Assembly (NCBI GenBank): GCA_050250895.1
Contig: JBFWNU010000002.1
Location: 160,001 to 224,000, forward strand
DNA length: 64,000 nt
Direction of reading: 5' to 3'
Source: Vulcanimicrobiota bacterium
GTDB taxonomy: Bacteria > Vulcanimicrobiota > Xenobia > Xenobiales > JADMJV01
The position numbers were made by a program, and so were the translations under genes. Positions within the stretch are counted from its first letter, which is position 1, and the number at the start of each line of letters is the position of its first letter. Under the pieces are notes generated by a model that was not told where the DNA came from, did not search any database, and was given only the letters and a program-made list of their open reading frames with translations. Positions 10,912 through 19,849 of the stretch are shown here, piece by piece.

Positions 10912-11442
10912 ATGAGCGCCGGCTTCGGAATTGGCCTGACCCGGGTCTTGTTGCCCATCGCCCCCCTCGCCCAGCGACTGCAGCTGCTCCAACGGCTGGT
11001 CGAACAACTTCAATTGCCGCTCTTGCGCGACTTTGTCCATCCCGCCGACGAGCCCGGCTATCGACAGGTCAGCGAACGGGCCGAATACCGTGTCGTCGAG
11101 GTGAACCGCGAGAGCTGGCGCTGGCTCGAACCCGAACAGGTCGAGCAACTCCAACAGGCAGTCGGCCAGCATTGGGCCGATTCTGGCTCGTTTGAGGAAT
11201 GCATGCAGATCTGTGACGAAGAGACGGGATTGGTGATTCCCGGCGTGGCCGCCAGCCTGCTCAACTCCAGCGGCAAGGTGCTCTGGCAGGGCCCCGACTC
11301 GTCACTGGTGGTCAAAGAGATGGCCCTCGCCCTCGAGCAACTCCGGCAGCGCGAGGGCGGGCCAGGGGTTCTAATCCGAGCACGAGAGCTGTTCGAAGTG
11401 GCTCTGGAGCATCGGTTGCCGTTCTATCTGGCCTGGGGCTAA
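10912..11442 (+). CDS. Hypothetical protein
   Basis: 3' part of the 10516 ORF from ATG 10912; protein-like composition. Confidence 0.55.
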   Translation: MSAGFGIGLTRVLLPIAPLAQRLQLLQRLVEQLQLPLLRDFVHPADEPGYRQVSERAEYRVVEVNRESWRWLEPEQVEQLQQAVGQHWADSGSFEECMQICDEETGLVIPGVAASLLNSSGKVLWQGPDSSLVVKEMALALEQLRQREGGPGVLIRARELFEVALEHRLPFYLAWG

Positions 11443-13136
11443 GGCAAGAACGGATTGCGGGCCACGAACCCGTCGATCACCCCGTTGGTGTCGTCGGCTA
11501 CCAGGTTCTCTGACTCCGAGTGAAAGACGATGAATCGCCCGTCGCCCGAAATCATGCCGAAGAAAGCCGCGCCGCCGTCGGCCGGAGGGTTTCCCTGAGG
11601 GTCCAGGTTCAAACGCGCGGTCTGACCGGTGAGCCGGTCATAGATGAACATGTCTCTGAGGTTGTTGGTGTCTACCAGGTCCACCAGGTTGGTGGCGAAC
11701 GAACTGAAGGCGACAAAGCGTCCGTCATCAGAGATGGTGGGAACGACCGAGTTTCCATCGGTCTCGGCCCCGTTGAGACCCTGGGTGATGCGCTCGATGG
11801 TGTTGGCGGTACGATCGAGCAAGAAGATGTCGGTGGCTCCGTTGGTGTCACCAGCTACGAGATTGGTGGCGTTGGATTGAAATACCAGCAGGTTGCCGTC
11901 CGGGGTCATGAAGGGTTGATTGCTACTTCCGTCAGGTTCGCCGAGCGTGCTGTTGTTGATTCGGGTGGTCGTGTTGGCCACGCGATCCCGAAGGAAAATG
12001 TCGGTGACTCCATTGAGGTCACCCGTCACCAGGTTGGTGGCGAAGGAGGAAAAGGCCACCAAATTTCCGTCCCCTGACGACATGGTCTCGGCCGAACCGC
12101 CGTCGGGTTCGCCTGCGGAGGCAGAAATGCTGAGCAACTCGACCTGACCGGTCATCCGGTTGCGGGCGTAGAGGTTGAGCTGGAAGTTGGTCAAGATGGG
12201 ACTGCTCACCACGTTGAGGCCTTGACTCAAGAAGAAGGCCAGATTGCCATCGGCCGACAACTCACCCACGCGATTGTCGTTGTTGATCTCCATCCCGAAC
12301 TGGTCTAGCGAGACTCGTTCGGTGGTGCCCGCCTGAAGGTCCCGCACGAAGACATCCGATTGTCCGTTGGTGTCACCCGGCACCAGATTGTCAGCGTCGC
12401 TGGTGAAGATCACGAACTGCTGATTGCGGGAAAGGCGGGCCTGATTGCTGTCGCCATTGGCCTCGAGGTCACTCGAGTCCAGGCTCACCCGGGTCGTCTG
12501 ACCGGTGGCCCGGTTCCTCAGAAAGATGTCGCGATGGCCGTTGCTGTCGTTGCTCACCAGGTTGGTCGCGTCCGAACCAAAGACAATCAGGTTTCCATCA
12601 GAGGAAACGAAATTCTTGAGGTCGAGCGAGGCCGCTCCATCGGCCTGATTGCCATTGGAGTCGACGGTGAAGCGTTCCAGCGGAACAAAGCCGATGGGGG
12701 TCGGTTCTTCGATCGGGCTACCGGCCTCGAATTTGACCTGGGTCACCTGGCCAGGATTGACTACCACCAGTTGCTCCTGGTCCAGAAAGCTGGCTCCGCT
12801 ACTATCGAAAATTTGGAGCGAGAGCAGATGGGTGCCGGGCACGACCTGGCTGACGGTAAAGCTCTGCAGGGCCAGGCTACGGTCAAGGTCAAAGGCCACC
12901 AACGGGTGCACCTGGCGGCCTGTCTCGGGCTCCGACAGACTGATCAGCAGTTGGTCGGCTCCGCTTTGGGCCAGCACGGCCTCCTGCCGGGGGATGAGGG
13001 CCGGAGCCAGGCGGACCGAGACGCTTCCAGCCGAGACCCCGGGCCCGGCGCTGGCGGTGCCGCCGGGTGCGCTGCCACCCCCTGTGCACCCAGCCAGTAG
13101 AAATAGACAGAGAATGACCGTGACAAAAGACTTCAT
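11439..13136 (-). CDS. Lipoprotein with a TolB/PD40-like beta-propeller (DTNG..DIFxRD repeats)
   Basis: Lipobox LAGC; five to six repeats of S-DG..VAF-S-ATNLV-GDTNG..DIFLRD. Confidence 0.85.
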   Translation of the reverse strand: MKSFVTVILCLFLLAGCTGGGSAPGGTASAGPGVSAGSVSVRLAPALIPRQEAVLAQSGADQLLISLSEPETGRQVHPLVAFDLDRSLALQSFTVSQVVPGTHLLSLQIFDSSGASFLDQEQLVVVNPGQVTQVKFEAGSPIEEPTPIGFVPLERFTVDSNGNQADGAASLDLKNFVSSDGNLIVFGSDATNLVSNDSNGHRDIFLRNRATGQTTRVSLDSSDLEANGDSNQARLSRNQQFVIFTSDADNLVPGDTNGQSDVFVRDLQAGTTERVSLDQFGMEINNDNRVGELSADGNLAFFLSQGLNVVSSPILTNFQLNLYARNRMTGQVELLSISASAGEPDGGSAETMSSGDGNLVAFSSFATNLVTGDLNGVTDIFLRDRVANTTTRINNSTLGEPDGSSNQPFMTPDGNLLVFQSNATNLVAGDTNGATDIFLLDRTANTIERITQGLNGAETDGNSVVPTISDDGRFVAFSSFATNLVDLVDTNNLRDMFIYDRLTGQTARLNLDPQGNPPADGGAAFFGMISGDGRFIVFHSESENLVADDTNGVIDGFVARNPFLP

Positions 13137-13266
13137 GAATACCCCTCGAGGTCGAGGGAGTTTTCCTTTCGCGTCAGAAGTCCTTTATTGTATTCGTTGG
13201 GCCCGGGAGTGCCACGCTGGGATGCCAACGACAGGCCGTCAGTGATATCCCGCCGAAGCTCGACCC

Positions 13267-13626
13267 GTGAGGCGATGGTTCGAGGTGGCGGGGCTCCTCG
13301 CTTTGGCGGCAGTCCTGGCGCATCCCAGGCCTGACCTTCCCGAGCCAGCCACGGTTTTCTCGCCTTCCGAGCCGAGCAGGGTAGAGTCGTTGGTCGCCCC
13401 GATCACGGCGGGCTATCACCTCTCCCGTGATAACAAGCTCGAGGTGGATGGCCTCGCCCCTGGCAGTTTCTATCCCGCCCGCTGTGACGTGCTTTCAACG
13501 GCCGACGGAGGGACGATGTTCGTTCGCGACGACCGCGTCGAACGGCTGAGTGGATCTTCGCTCTCGGTGAACGGCTCGGTCCTGCTCTCGGTTGGGGATT
13601 CGCGCGACACGGTGCTGGCCTTTTAG
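13267..13626 (+). CDS. Hypothetical exported protein
   Basis: GTG start and a signal-like N-terminus. Confidence 0.5.
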   Translation: MRRWFEVAGLLALAAVLAHPRPDLPEPATVFSPSEPSRVESLVAPITAGYHLSRDNKLEVDGLAPGSFYPARCDVLSTADGGTMFVRDDRVERLSGSSLSVNGSVLLSVGDSRDTVLAF

Positions 13627-13740
13627 GTCACCCTCCGTCCCGCCGGCCAGTTACGCCCGGTGAGCTAACCGCGCTAAGGCCGAGAGTAGGAGTCTAGGAG
13701 CGCTGGCTTTGGTATCGGTCTGACCCGGGCCGGGTGATTC

Positions 13741-14574
13741 GAGCCACCACCTGTCCACTCGGGGGATGTCTTGGACGGCCAGATTCGGTTTCATGGATCC
13801 ACCATGATTCACAACGAAGATACAATGGGTGAGTTCGAGCAGCAGGATCGTCCCGCCAAGAAATGCGAGCCTGAGGGAACGATGCCCCATCGTTATCCCG
13901 CCCTCCTCACTCCGCTGGGGAACGAGACGCTGGTCTATCTGCCCCACTCCCAGAAAGCGATCTGCTTGAACGAGGTAGCCGGGGCCGTCTACCTGAGATG
14001 CGACGGAGAGACGTCGGTCGACGTGGCCGCTGAGGAAATCGGCTCGCGCGAGGTCGTCTGGCAGGCTCTAGAATCCTTCGCGGTGCACGGACTGATTCCG
14101 AGCGATACCCCCCGAGCCGCAGGCCTCGGCAGGCGCCAACTACTGAAGCTGCTGACCAGCGCGGCCTGCCTACCCGTCGTCTCGTCCGTGCTAGCCCCGA
14201 CGCCGGCTCGAGCGATGTCCGCTGCCTGTATTATCGAAAATTCGCCCACGACCAGTTGTGACCTGAGCGGCATTCCGATGGGGACGGTTCCCAACGACTG
14301 CACGTCTTGCTGCGGCGGAACCCTATGCGCCTCGGCTTGTCCAGACTGCAGCCAGTGCTTCTGTCTCCAGCGCCGCTTCTGTGTCGGGTTCGATTGTACC
14401 ACCGGTAGTTGCGCTACGGATACTCTCGTCACCGCGCGGAACTGCTACGACGACAGTACCGTCATGTTCGGGTGCAACTTTGCCGGGATCTGCCAGCGAA
14501 ACTGCGACGACGCACGGGCCGCGGCCGCCGTAGCCGGGGTGAGCTTCTACTCTTGCTGTGAGAGTTGCACCTAA
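13741..14574 (+). repeat. Direct repeat copy 1 (upstream region plus RRE-Cys-rich gene)
   Basis: gagccaccacctg...gggggatgtctt-gacggccagatt at 13741 recurs at 16091; homology runs to the stop codon. Confidence 0.9.
13882..14574 (+). CDS. PqqD/RRE-like domain fused to an internal Tat-like signal and a 20-Cys domain (copy 1)
   Basis: ETLVY...KAICLNEVAGAVYLRCDGETSV...VVWQALESF..HGLI is PqqD/RRE-like; then GRRQLLK + hydrophobic stretch + ARA; then 20 Cys. GAGGGA precedes ATG 13882; alternative in-frame ATGs at 13804 and 13825. Confidence 0.85.
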   Translation: MPHRYPALLTPLGNETLVYLPHSQKAICLNEVAGAVYLRCDGETSVDVAAEEIGSREVVWQALESFAVHGLIPSDTPRAAGLGRRQLLKLLTSAACLPVVSSVLAPTPARAMSAACIIENSPTTSCDLSGIPMGTVPNDCTSCCGGTLCASACPDCSQCFCLQRRFCVGFDCTTGSCATDTLVTARNCYDDSTVMFGCNFAGICQRNCDDARAAAAVAGVSFYSCCESCT

Positions 14575-14580
14575 CGACTT

Positions 14581-16038
14581 TTATCGCTTGGGTAGGGGTA
14601 ACTCGAAGCGAATGCTGGTGCCTTGACCCGGGCTACTCTCGAGCCAGAAGCGGCCTCCCACCAGTTCGCAACGCTCGCGCATACCGGCAATCCCGTGGCC
14701 GGGTAGCTCCTGGTATTCGAAACCCGACCCGTCATCTTCCACTCGGCCTTTCAGACGGCCATCGAGGGCGCTGATGGCCACGCGGACCTCGGTCGCCCGG
14801 CCGTGGCGCTGGGCGTTCTGCACGGCCTCCTGGACGATGCGGTAGGCGAAGAGCGAGGTCAAGCCCGCCGTCACCGGAGTGCTCAAGGCCAGTTGGCACT
14901 TGACCCGACAACTGTCGCTGCTGGCTGCCCGAGCCAGATCCTCGAGGGCCGTGGCCAGTTGGACCCCTTCACCCACGGGGCTGCGCAGACTTCTGATCAT
15001 GCCTGAGAGTTCTTTGCCCATCCGTTGGCCAAGGGTAAGGGCCTGCTGTAGCGCCTCTCGGGCGTCCTGGGGATTCTTGTCCTGAAGGGTCGTGGCCAGT
15101 TGCAGCTGGACCACCAGGGTGGCCAATTCCTGGGCCAGGGCATCGTGCAGGTCGGCGGCCAGCATCCGGCGTTCCTGTTCCTGAAACCGCACCATCTTTT
15201 CGAGGCGTCGGGTGGTGATGTCTTGCACAGCCCGCAAGATGCGGTCTCCCTGAGGGGTCGCCTGAGGCCCCGCCGTTGACAATTGAACCCAGACCACGGC
15301 CTGACCGCGGGTCATGCGCAGCTCCAACTGAAATTGGTCTAGTTTTCCGCGGCAGAGGTCGGCGAACAGTTCGGCCTCTTCGTGACCATCGCTTTCGTGG
15401 ATCAACTCGTGAAACGAGCGTCCGATCAGTTCGCTGTCACCCCCGAACTGATAATCGAAGGCCCGGTTGATCTCCACGATGCGATCCTGGCGATCGACCA
15501 GAGCCATGGCCGCGGCGCTGGTTTCGAAGAGCACAGCGAAACGACTTTCCTCGGCGTCCCAGATGCGTTGCAGGTCCGAGATCGTGGCCTTGCCCAGGGT
15601 GGCCCCATAGAAGCCCTGATGCTTTTGGTCCAGGCATCGCTCCCAGGTGTCGCCGGGCAAAGCTCCGATCTGCACGAAGAAGTCCAGGTAGTCGAGGTAG
15701 TTGGTGCACTCGAGAAACTTGTCATCTTTGACCCGGGCAAAGAGGGCCCCCGGCCAGGCCACCGACCGTCCGGTGGCCCGGTGGGTCCCGCACAAGAGCC
15801 AGCGTCCCGCGATCCCGTCTCCCTCCTGATACGTTTTCTCGATGGTCACCCTCACATCCGAGAGGATCTCGGAAAAGGTGCGAAAGACGGCTTTGAACGA
15901 CTCGAGGCCGACCGGGTCGTTAACCAGTCCCAGTGATAGGTTCTCGGGGTGCATCAGCTCTTCGATAGCGTCGAGGTCCCCCTCTTGCCAGACCCGCCGA
16001 AACCATTCGTGAATCAGCCAGGTGGAGTCGTTGGTCAT
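14581..16038 (-). CDS. Soluble histidine kinase: SnoaL-like + PAS + HisKA_3 + HATPase
   Basis: WFRRVWQEGDLDAIEEL (SnoaL/NTF2-like); FAVLFE...IVEINRAF (PAS); ERRMLAADLHDALAQ; YRIVQEAVQNAQRH, DDGSGF, GIAGMRER. Confidence 0.9.
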   Translation of the reverse strand: MTNDSTWLIHEWFRRVWQEGDLDAIEELMHPENLSLGLVNDPVGLESFKAVFRTFSEILSDVRVTIEKTYQEGDGIAGRWLLCGTHRATGRSVAWPGALFARVKDDKFLECTNYLDYLDFFVQIGALPGDTWERCLDQKHQGFYGATLGKATISDLQRIWDAEESRFAVLFETSAAAMALVDRQDRIVEINRAFDYQFGGDSELIGRSFHELIHESDGHEEAELFADLCRGKLDQFQLELRMTRGQAVVWVQLSTAGPQATPQGDRILRAVQDITTRRLEKMVRFQEQERRMLAADLHDALAQELATLVVQLQLATTLQDKNPQDAREALQQALTLGQRMGKELSGMIRSLRSPVGEGVQLATALEDLARAASSDSCRVKCQLALSTPVTAGLTSLFAYRIVQEAVQNAQRHGRATEVRVAISALDGRLKGRVEDDGSGFEYQELPGHGIAGMRERCELVGGRFWLESSPGQGTSIRFELPLPKR

Positions 16039-16090
16039 GGCTGCCGTTTCGACATGGATGAGCCAGTTCCTGAAGAATCCTGTAGAAGAA

Positions 16091-16921
16091 GAGCCACCAC
16101 CTGCCCACCCGGGGGATGTCTTCGACGGCCAGATTGGGTTCCATAGACCCACCATGAGTAACAAAGAGCATCCAATGAGCGAACACGAGCGACCAGCCAC
16201 AAAACGCGAGTCGGAGGGAGCGATGCCTCTTCGCTATCCCGCCCTTCTCACTCCGCTAGCGAACGAGACGCTGGTCTATCTACACCACCTCCAGAAGGCG
16301 ATCTGTTTGAACGAGGTCGCGGCGGCCGTATACGCTCGATGTGACGGAGAGACATCGCTCGAGGTGGTCGCTGAGGAGATCGGTTCTCGCGAGGTCGTCT
16401 GGCAGGCCCTGGACTCTCTCGCGGAACACGGACTGATTCCGAGCGATACCCACCGAGCTGCGGGCCTTGGTCGGCGCCAACTGCTGAAGCTGCTTGGCAG
16501 CGCGGCCTGCCTACCCGTCGTCTCGTCGGTGCTAGCACCGACTCCCGCTCGGGCGATGTCGGCGGCGTGTGTGATGGAGAACCCGCCCACCACCAGCTGC
16601 AGCATCGACGGTATTCCGATGGGGACGGTTCCCAACCAATGCAGTCCCTGCTGTGGCGGGGCCTGTGCCACCGCCTGTCCTACTTGTAGCCAGTGCTACT
16701 GCCAGCAGTTTCGCTTCTGCCAGGGCTTCGATTGCACGACCGGGACTTGCTCTGGAGACACCTTTATCACGGCGAGAAATTGCTACGAAGACGGCACCAG
16801 CACTGACGGCTCCTGCCTCTTCGCGGGGGGACAGGTTTGCCAGCGCGATTGTGACGCTGCTCGGGCGGCCGCAGCCAGTGTTGGGTTAAGCTTCTACTCC
16901 TGTTGTGAAAATTGCAGTTGA
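16091..16921 (+). repeat. Direct repeat copy 2
   Basis: Paralog of 13741-14574; about 7 mismatches in the first 67 nt by eye. Confidence 0.9.
16223..16921 (+). CDS. PqqD/RRE-like domain + internal Tat-like signal + 20-Cys domain (copy 2)
   Basis: Same architecture as copy 1 with all 20 Cys aligned; GGAGGGAG upstream; alternative ATGs at 16154 and 16175. Confidence 0.85.
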   Translation: MPLRYPALLTPLANETLVYLHHLQKAICLNEVAAAVYARCDGETSLEVVAEEIGSREVVWQALDSLAEHGLIPSDTHRAAGLGRRQLLKLLGSAACLPVVSSVLAPTPARAMSAACVMENPPTTSCSIDGIPMGTVPNQCSPCCGGACATACPTCSQCYCQQFRFCQGFDCTTGTCSGDTFITARNCYEDGTSTDGSCLFAGGQVCQRDCDAARAAAASVGLSFYSCCENCS

Positions 16922-16925
16922 CGAG

Positions 16926-18074
16926 CTAGAGGGCAGTTCTTGATGGGTTTAGAGGCAGGTGGCACTCGATTCGCGTGCCATCGCCGAGACCCGACCGTAG
17001 TTGGAAAGTGCCGCCGCAGGCCTGACAGCGCTCGCGCATACCGACAAGTCCGAGGCCTCCAGCAGTCAGGCCGGGTTCAAAACCGACCCCGTCGTCTTCG
17101 ACGGCGAGATAAAGACTTGCATGTTCGAGGCAGAGTTCGACCCGCACGGACTGGGCACAAGCGTGTTTGACCACGTTGGAAAGAGCTTCCTGGATGATCC
17201 GACAGGCGAAGTGGGCAGCGACCCCTTGCACCCGGTCGAGCTCACCCCGGATGCTCCATTCGACCTGCAATCCTTCCAAGGACGGTCTCTCTCGCAATTC
17301 GACCAGGCGAAGGGCCAGGTTTTGGCTGCCTGCTAGCAGTCCGGCTCGAAGGCGAGCCATGGTAGAATTGAGCTCGCGACTCATGGCTTGAACCAACCGC
17401 ATGCAGCGTTTGAGAAGTTCAGGTGACGGCCTGGCCTGGTGCTCTCCGGCTTGGAGGTGGACCCACAAGGTGGCCAGATCCTGGGCTAGTCCGTCGTGAA
17501 GTTCGCTGCAGAGCAAGCGTCGCTCGGTGGCCCGCAACTGCTCGAGTTGCTCGCGAGGCGAGGCCGTCGGGTCGAACGAGCCCTCGAAGGCGGCGGCCAG
17601 TTCGGCTTGGGACGGACTCTCCGACAGGATTGGCACCGCGGCTCGGGGTCGTACCAAGAACTCTTCCCCGGCCAGACCTCGAGCCACAGCCTCTTCGGGA
17701 ACGATCTCGAGTTGCTCGAAGAGGTTCATGAAGTCGAAGTAGTTCTGGGATTCGAGGATCTTGCCGTCGCGATAGGTGCCCCAGGAGGAGCCCGGCCAGA
17801 AGATGGCCTTGTCCTTGGTGCGATGTCGAGCCCGGGCTAACCAGCGAATCGAGAGTTGCTCGCCTTGAGCCATCCAGTCGGTGATCTCGACATCGAAGTC
17901 TTTGAGAAACGCGTTGATCGACTCATAGAAAGAGAGATAGCCCTGGGGGTCGATCGCTTCCGTCAGCAAGCCCTCGGCCTGACCATCGAACATTGTGAAA
18001 ATCAGGTCTTTCTCTTCGTTCTCCCAAACCCGCTCGAAAAATTCGACAGCAGTCTCGATGCTTGGCTTACCCAT
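16926..18074 (-). CDS. Soluble histidine kinase: SnoaL-like + HisKA_3 + HATPase
   Basis: FFERVWE...RDGKILESQNYFDF; ERRLLCSELHDGLAQ; IIQEALSNVVKHA, DDGVGF, GLVGMRER. Confidence 0.9.
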   Translation of the reverse strand: MGKPSIETAVEFFERVWENEEKDLIFTMFDGQAEGLLTEAIDPQGYLSFYESINAFLKDFDVEITDWMAQGEQLSIRWLARARHRTKDKAIFWPGSSWGTYRDGKILESQNYFDFMNLFEQLEIVPEEAVARGLAGEEFLVRPRAAVPILSESPSQAELAAAFEGSFDPTASPREQLEQLRATERRLLCSELHDGLAQDLATLWVHLQAGEHQARPSPELLKRCMRLVQAMSRELNSTMARLRAGLLAGSQNLALRLVELRERPSLEGLQVEWSIRGELDRVQGVAAHFACRIIQEALSNVVKHACAQSVRVELCLEHASLYLAVEDDGVGFEPGLTAGGLGLVGMRERCQACGGTFQLRSGLGDGTRIECHLPLNPSRTAL

Positions 18075-18169
18075 CACAGTACCTTCTTGTTCTGCCCGCC
18101 TATTCCTGGACGCGCTTATCCCGCCAGGGCTCGATACGAGCCTGAGGATGGCCAGTTGGGTGAAGCGAG

Positions 18170-18473
18170 TCACCCTTTTCTTGAACCCGGTCGCGGGTCC
18201 GACCGAATAACAACACGCCGTGAGGCTCTGGTCGCGTTGGGAAAGGCGGCTCTACTGCCGGTAGTGGCCAGTGCCGTCGTGCCCATGCCTGGGGCGGCCG
18301 CTTCGGTGGGCGTATTCGAGTGTCAACGGGGTGGCCGGTAGTTGTGGGCAGACCTGCAAGCCGAATCCGGGCGACCCTGATTTTGGTGAAATCAGAGTGT
18401 GTGGCTCTTTGTGGCCAACGGCCCCTGCGGCTACATTACGCAGGCTGCCTCACCCGTCTGTCCGTGCACCTGA
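18170..18473 (+). pseudogene. Decayed third RRE-Tat-Cys-rich gene
   Basis: Pieces in shifting frames: TLFLNPVAG / TRREALVALGKAALLPVVASAVVPMPGAAAS..EC / GSCGQTC...VC / GPCGY...VCPCT-stop (18473). Confidence 0.6.
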
Positions 18474-18477
18474 GAGA

Positions 18478-19107
18478 CTAGGCGCCAGAGAATCCCCTGG
18501 CAGTGGCTTCTACGGCCAGGGTGGTGCGGTCAGAAACCCCGAATTTACTGAAGAGGCTGTTGAGGTGCACTTTGATTCGGCTGACCGACAAGTGTAGCTT
18601 GCCGGCAATCGCCGTGTTGCTGTCGCCATCTACCACCAGGCGCAAAACGCTCTGCTCGCGCTCGGTGAGCCGGGGCACGTCCGAAGCCTCTGGCCGACGC
18701 AGCGATTGCAGCAGGGGGGCGGCGATCTGGCCGCAGAAATAGGTGCCACCGCGGGCCGCGGCCTGGATGGCGGTAACCAGTTCCTCACGTCCGATCGTCT
18801 TGAGCACGTAGCCGCTGGCCCCCGCCCGGAGTGCGGCTCGCACCTTCTCGGGTTCGTCGTGCATGCTGAGAATGAGGACCGGGAGCCCACGGTGGCGCGA
18901 CACAATCTGCTCGGTCAGTTCGACCCCACAGCCTCGACCCAGCGACAGGTCGACCAGAGCCACATCGCAAGCGGTGTCCGCCAGCATCTGCATGGCGCTG
19001 GCGGCATCGCTCGCTTCACCCACGACCTGCACTGCATGATCTGCCTCGAGCAGGGCGCGCAGGCCATCCCGAAATAGTTGGTGGTCATCCACAAGTACGA
19101 CTCTCAC
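18478..19107 (-). CDS. NarL/LuxR family response regulator
   Basis: VVLVDDH, VALVDL (phosphoacceptor Asp), ILSMH, GYVLK, LTEREQ..L HTH. Confidence 0.93.
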   Translation of the reverse strand: MRVVLVDDHQLFRDGLRALLEADHAVQVVGEASDAASAMQMLADTACDVALVDLSLGRGCGVELTEQIVSRHRGLPVLILSMHDEPEKVRAALRAGASGYVLKTIGREELVTAIQAAARGGTYFCGQIAAPLLQSLRRPEASDVPRLTEREQSVLRLVVDGDSNTAIAGKLHLSVSRIKVHLNSLFSKFGVSDRTTLAVEATARGFSGA

Positions 19108-19136
19108 GGAGCGCCGAAATTCTTCGATGGGTAGGT

Positions 19137-19208
19137 ACCGACCTGCAAATACGGCCAAATGGGTCGCGCTCGGGTGGCCAGTTGGACACGGGAATCAACC
19201 AGGTCGGT
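19137..19208. promoter_or_regulatory. Inverted 9-bp boxes between divergent response regulators (candidate operators)
   Basis: accgacctg (19137-19145) and its reverse complement caggtcggt (19200-19208). Confidence 0.35.
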
Positions 19209-19224
19209 TCCCAAGTGGAGGGTC

Positions 19225-19818
19225 ATGACCGTCCTATTATTGGTCGAGCGCGGGCTCTTCGCTGAGGGGGTTGGTTGCCTGCTGTCGCACGGTTCGGACT
19301 GGCAAATACAGATGGTTTTTGAACTCGAGCCCGCCCTCGACTTGCTCGACCACAGCCAGGTCGTGCTATACGGTCTGGCTCTTGAGCACCTGAGTTCTCT
19401 CTGCCAGGCCAGCCGGACGCCGGTGCTGGTGGTTGCCGACGATCCTGGCGAGCAAGCGGTGAAGGCAGCGTTCGGAGTCGGGGCCAGCGGTTTCATCTCT
19501 AAGAACGTGGCCGGAGAGCAATTGCTGGCGGCCATCGAGGCGGTGGCCGCCGGAGGAATCTATGTCGGCCCGAAGGCTGCGCCCTCCATCCTGGCCAACC
19601 TGCGCCGCTTCGAAGGCGCCAGCCCCGTGCCGGTCAGTCCTCGTGAACAGCAACTGCTGGATCTGCTCTGCGGAGAAAGCCTCACCAACAGGCAGCTGGC
19701 GGCCCGTCTGGGCTTGTCTGCCAGCACCATCAAGACGCAGCTCAAGTCACTCTTCAACAAATACGGGGTGGGTGACCGGACGAGCCTCGTCCTCAAGGCC
19801 ACAGGCCGCAAGCGATGA
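19225..19818 (+). CDS. Atypical NarL/LuxR regulator (pseudo-receiver + HTH)
   Basis: GGAGG RBS; LLVERG and VVLYGL replace DD and the phospho-Asp; GASGFISK and SPREQQLL...TNRQLA HTH are intact. Confidence 0.85.
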   Translation: MTVLLLVERGLFAEGVGCLLSHGSDWQIQMVFELEPALDLLDHSQVVLYGLALEHLSSLCQASRTPVLVVADDPGEQAVKAAFGVGASGFISKNVAGEQLLAAIEAVAAGGIYVGPKAAPSILANLRRFEGASPVPVSPREQQLLDLLCGESLTNRQLAARLGLSASTIKTQLKSLFNKYGVGDRTSLVLKATGRKR

Positions 19819-19849
19819 CGAGCCATCGTCTGGCCTCCGGGGGGTGCGA

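Noticed and set aside
11439-12660. Repeated gttggtgtc/caggttggtggcgaa DNA motifs resembling an array
   Set aside because: They are coding repeats of propeller blades, degenerate and in frame, not CRISPR.
16039-16200. Overlapping N-terminal extensions of HK1 and P2 in the ORF track
   Set aside because: This lies in the duplicated upstream region; SnoaL homology starts at Met 16038.
13882-16921. Calling the locus a PQQ, lanthipeptide, ranthipeptide or sactipeptide cluster
   Set aside because: There is no pqqABCE, LanB/C/M or radical SAM gene in the window, so the RiPP class cannot be assigned.
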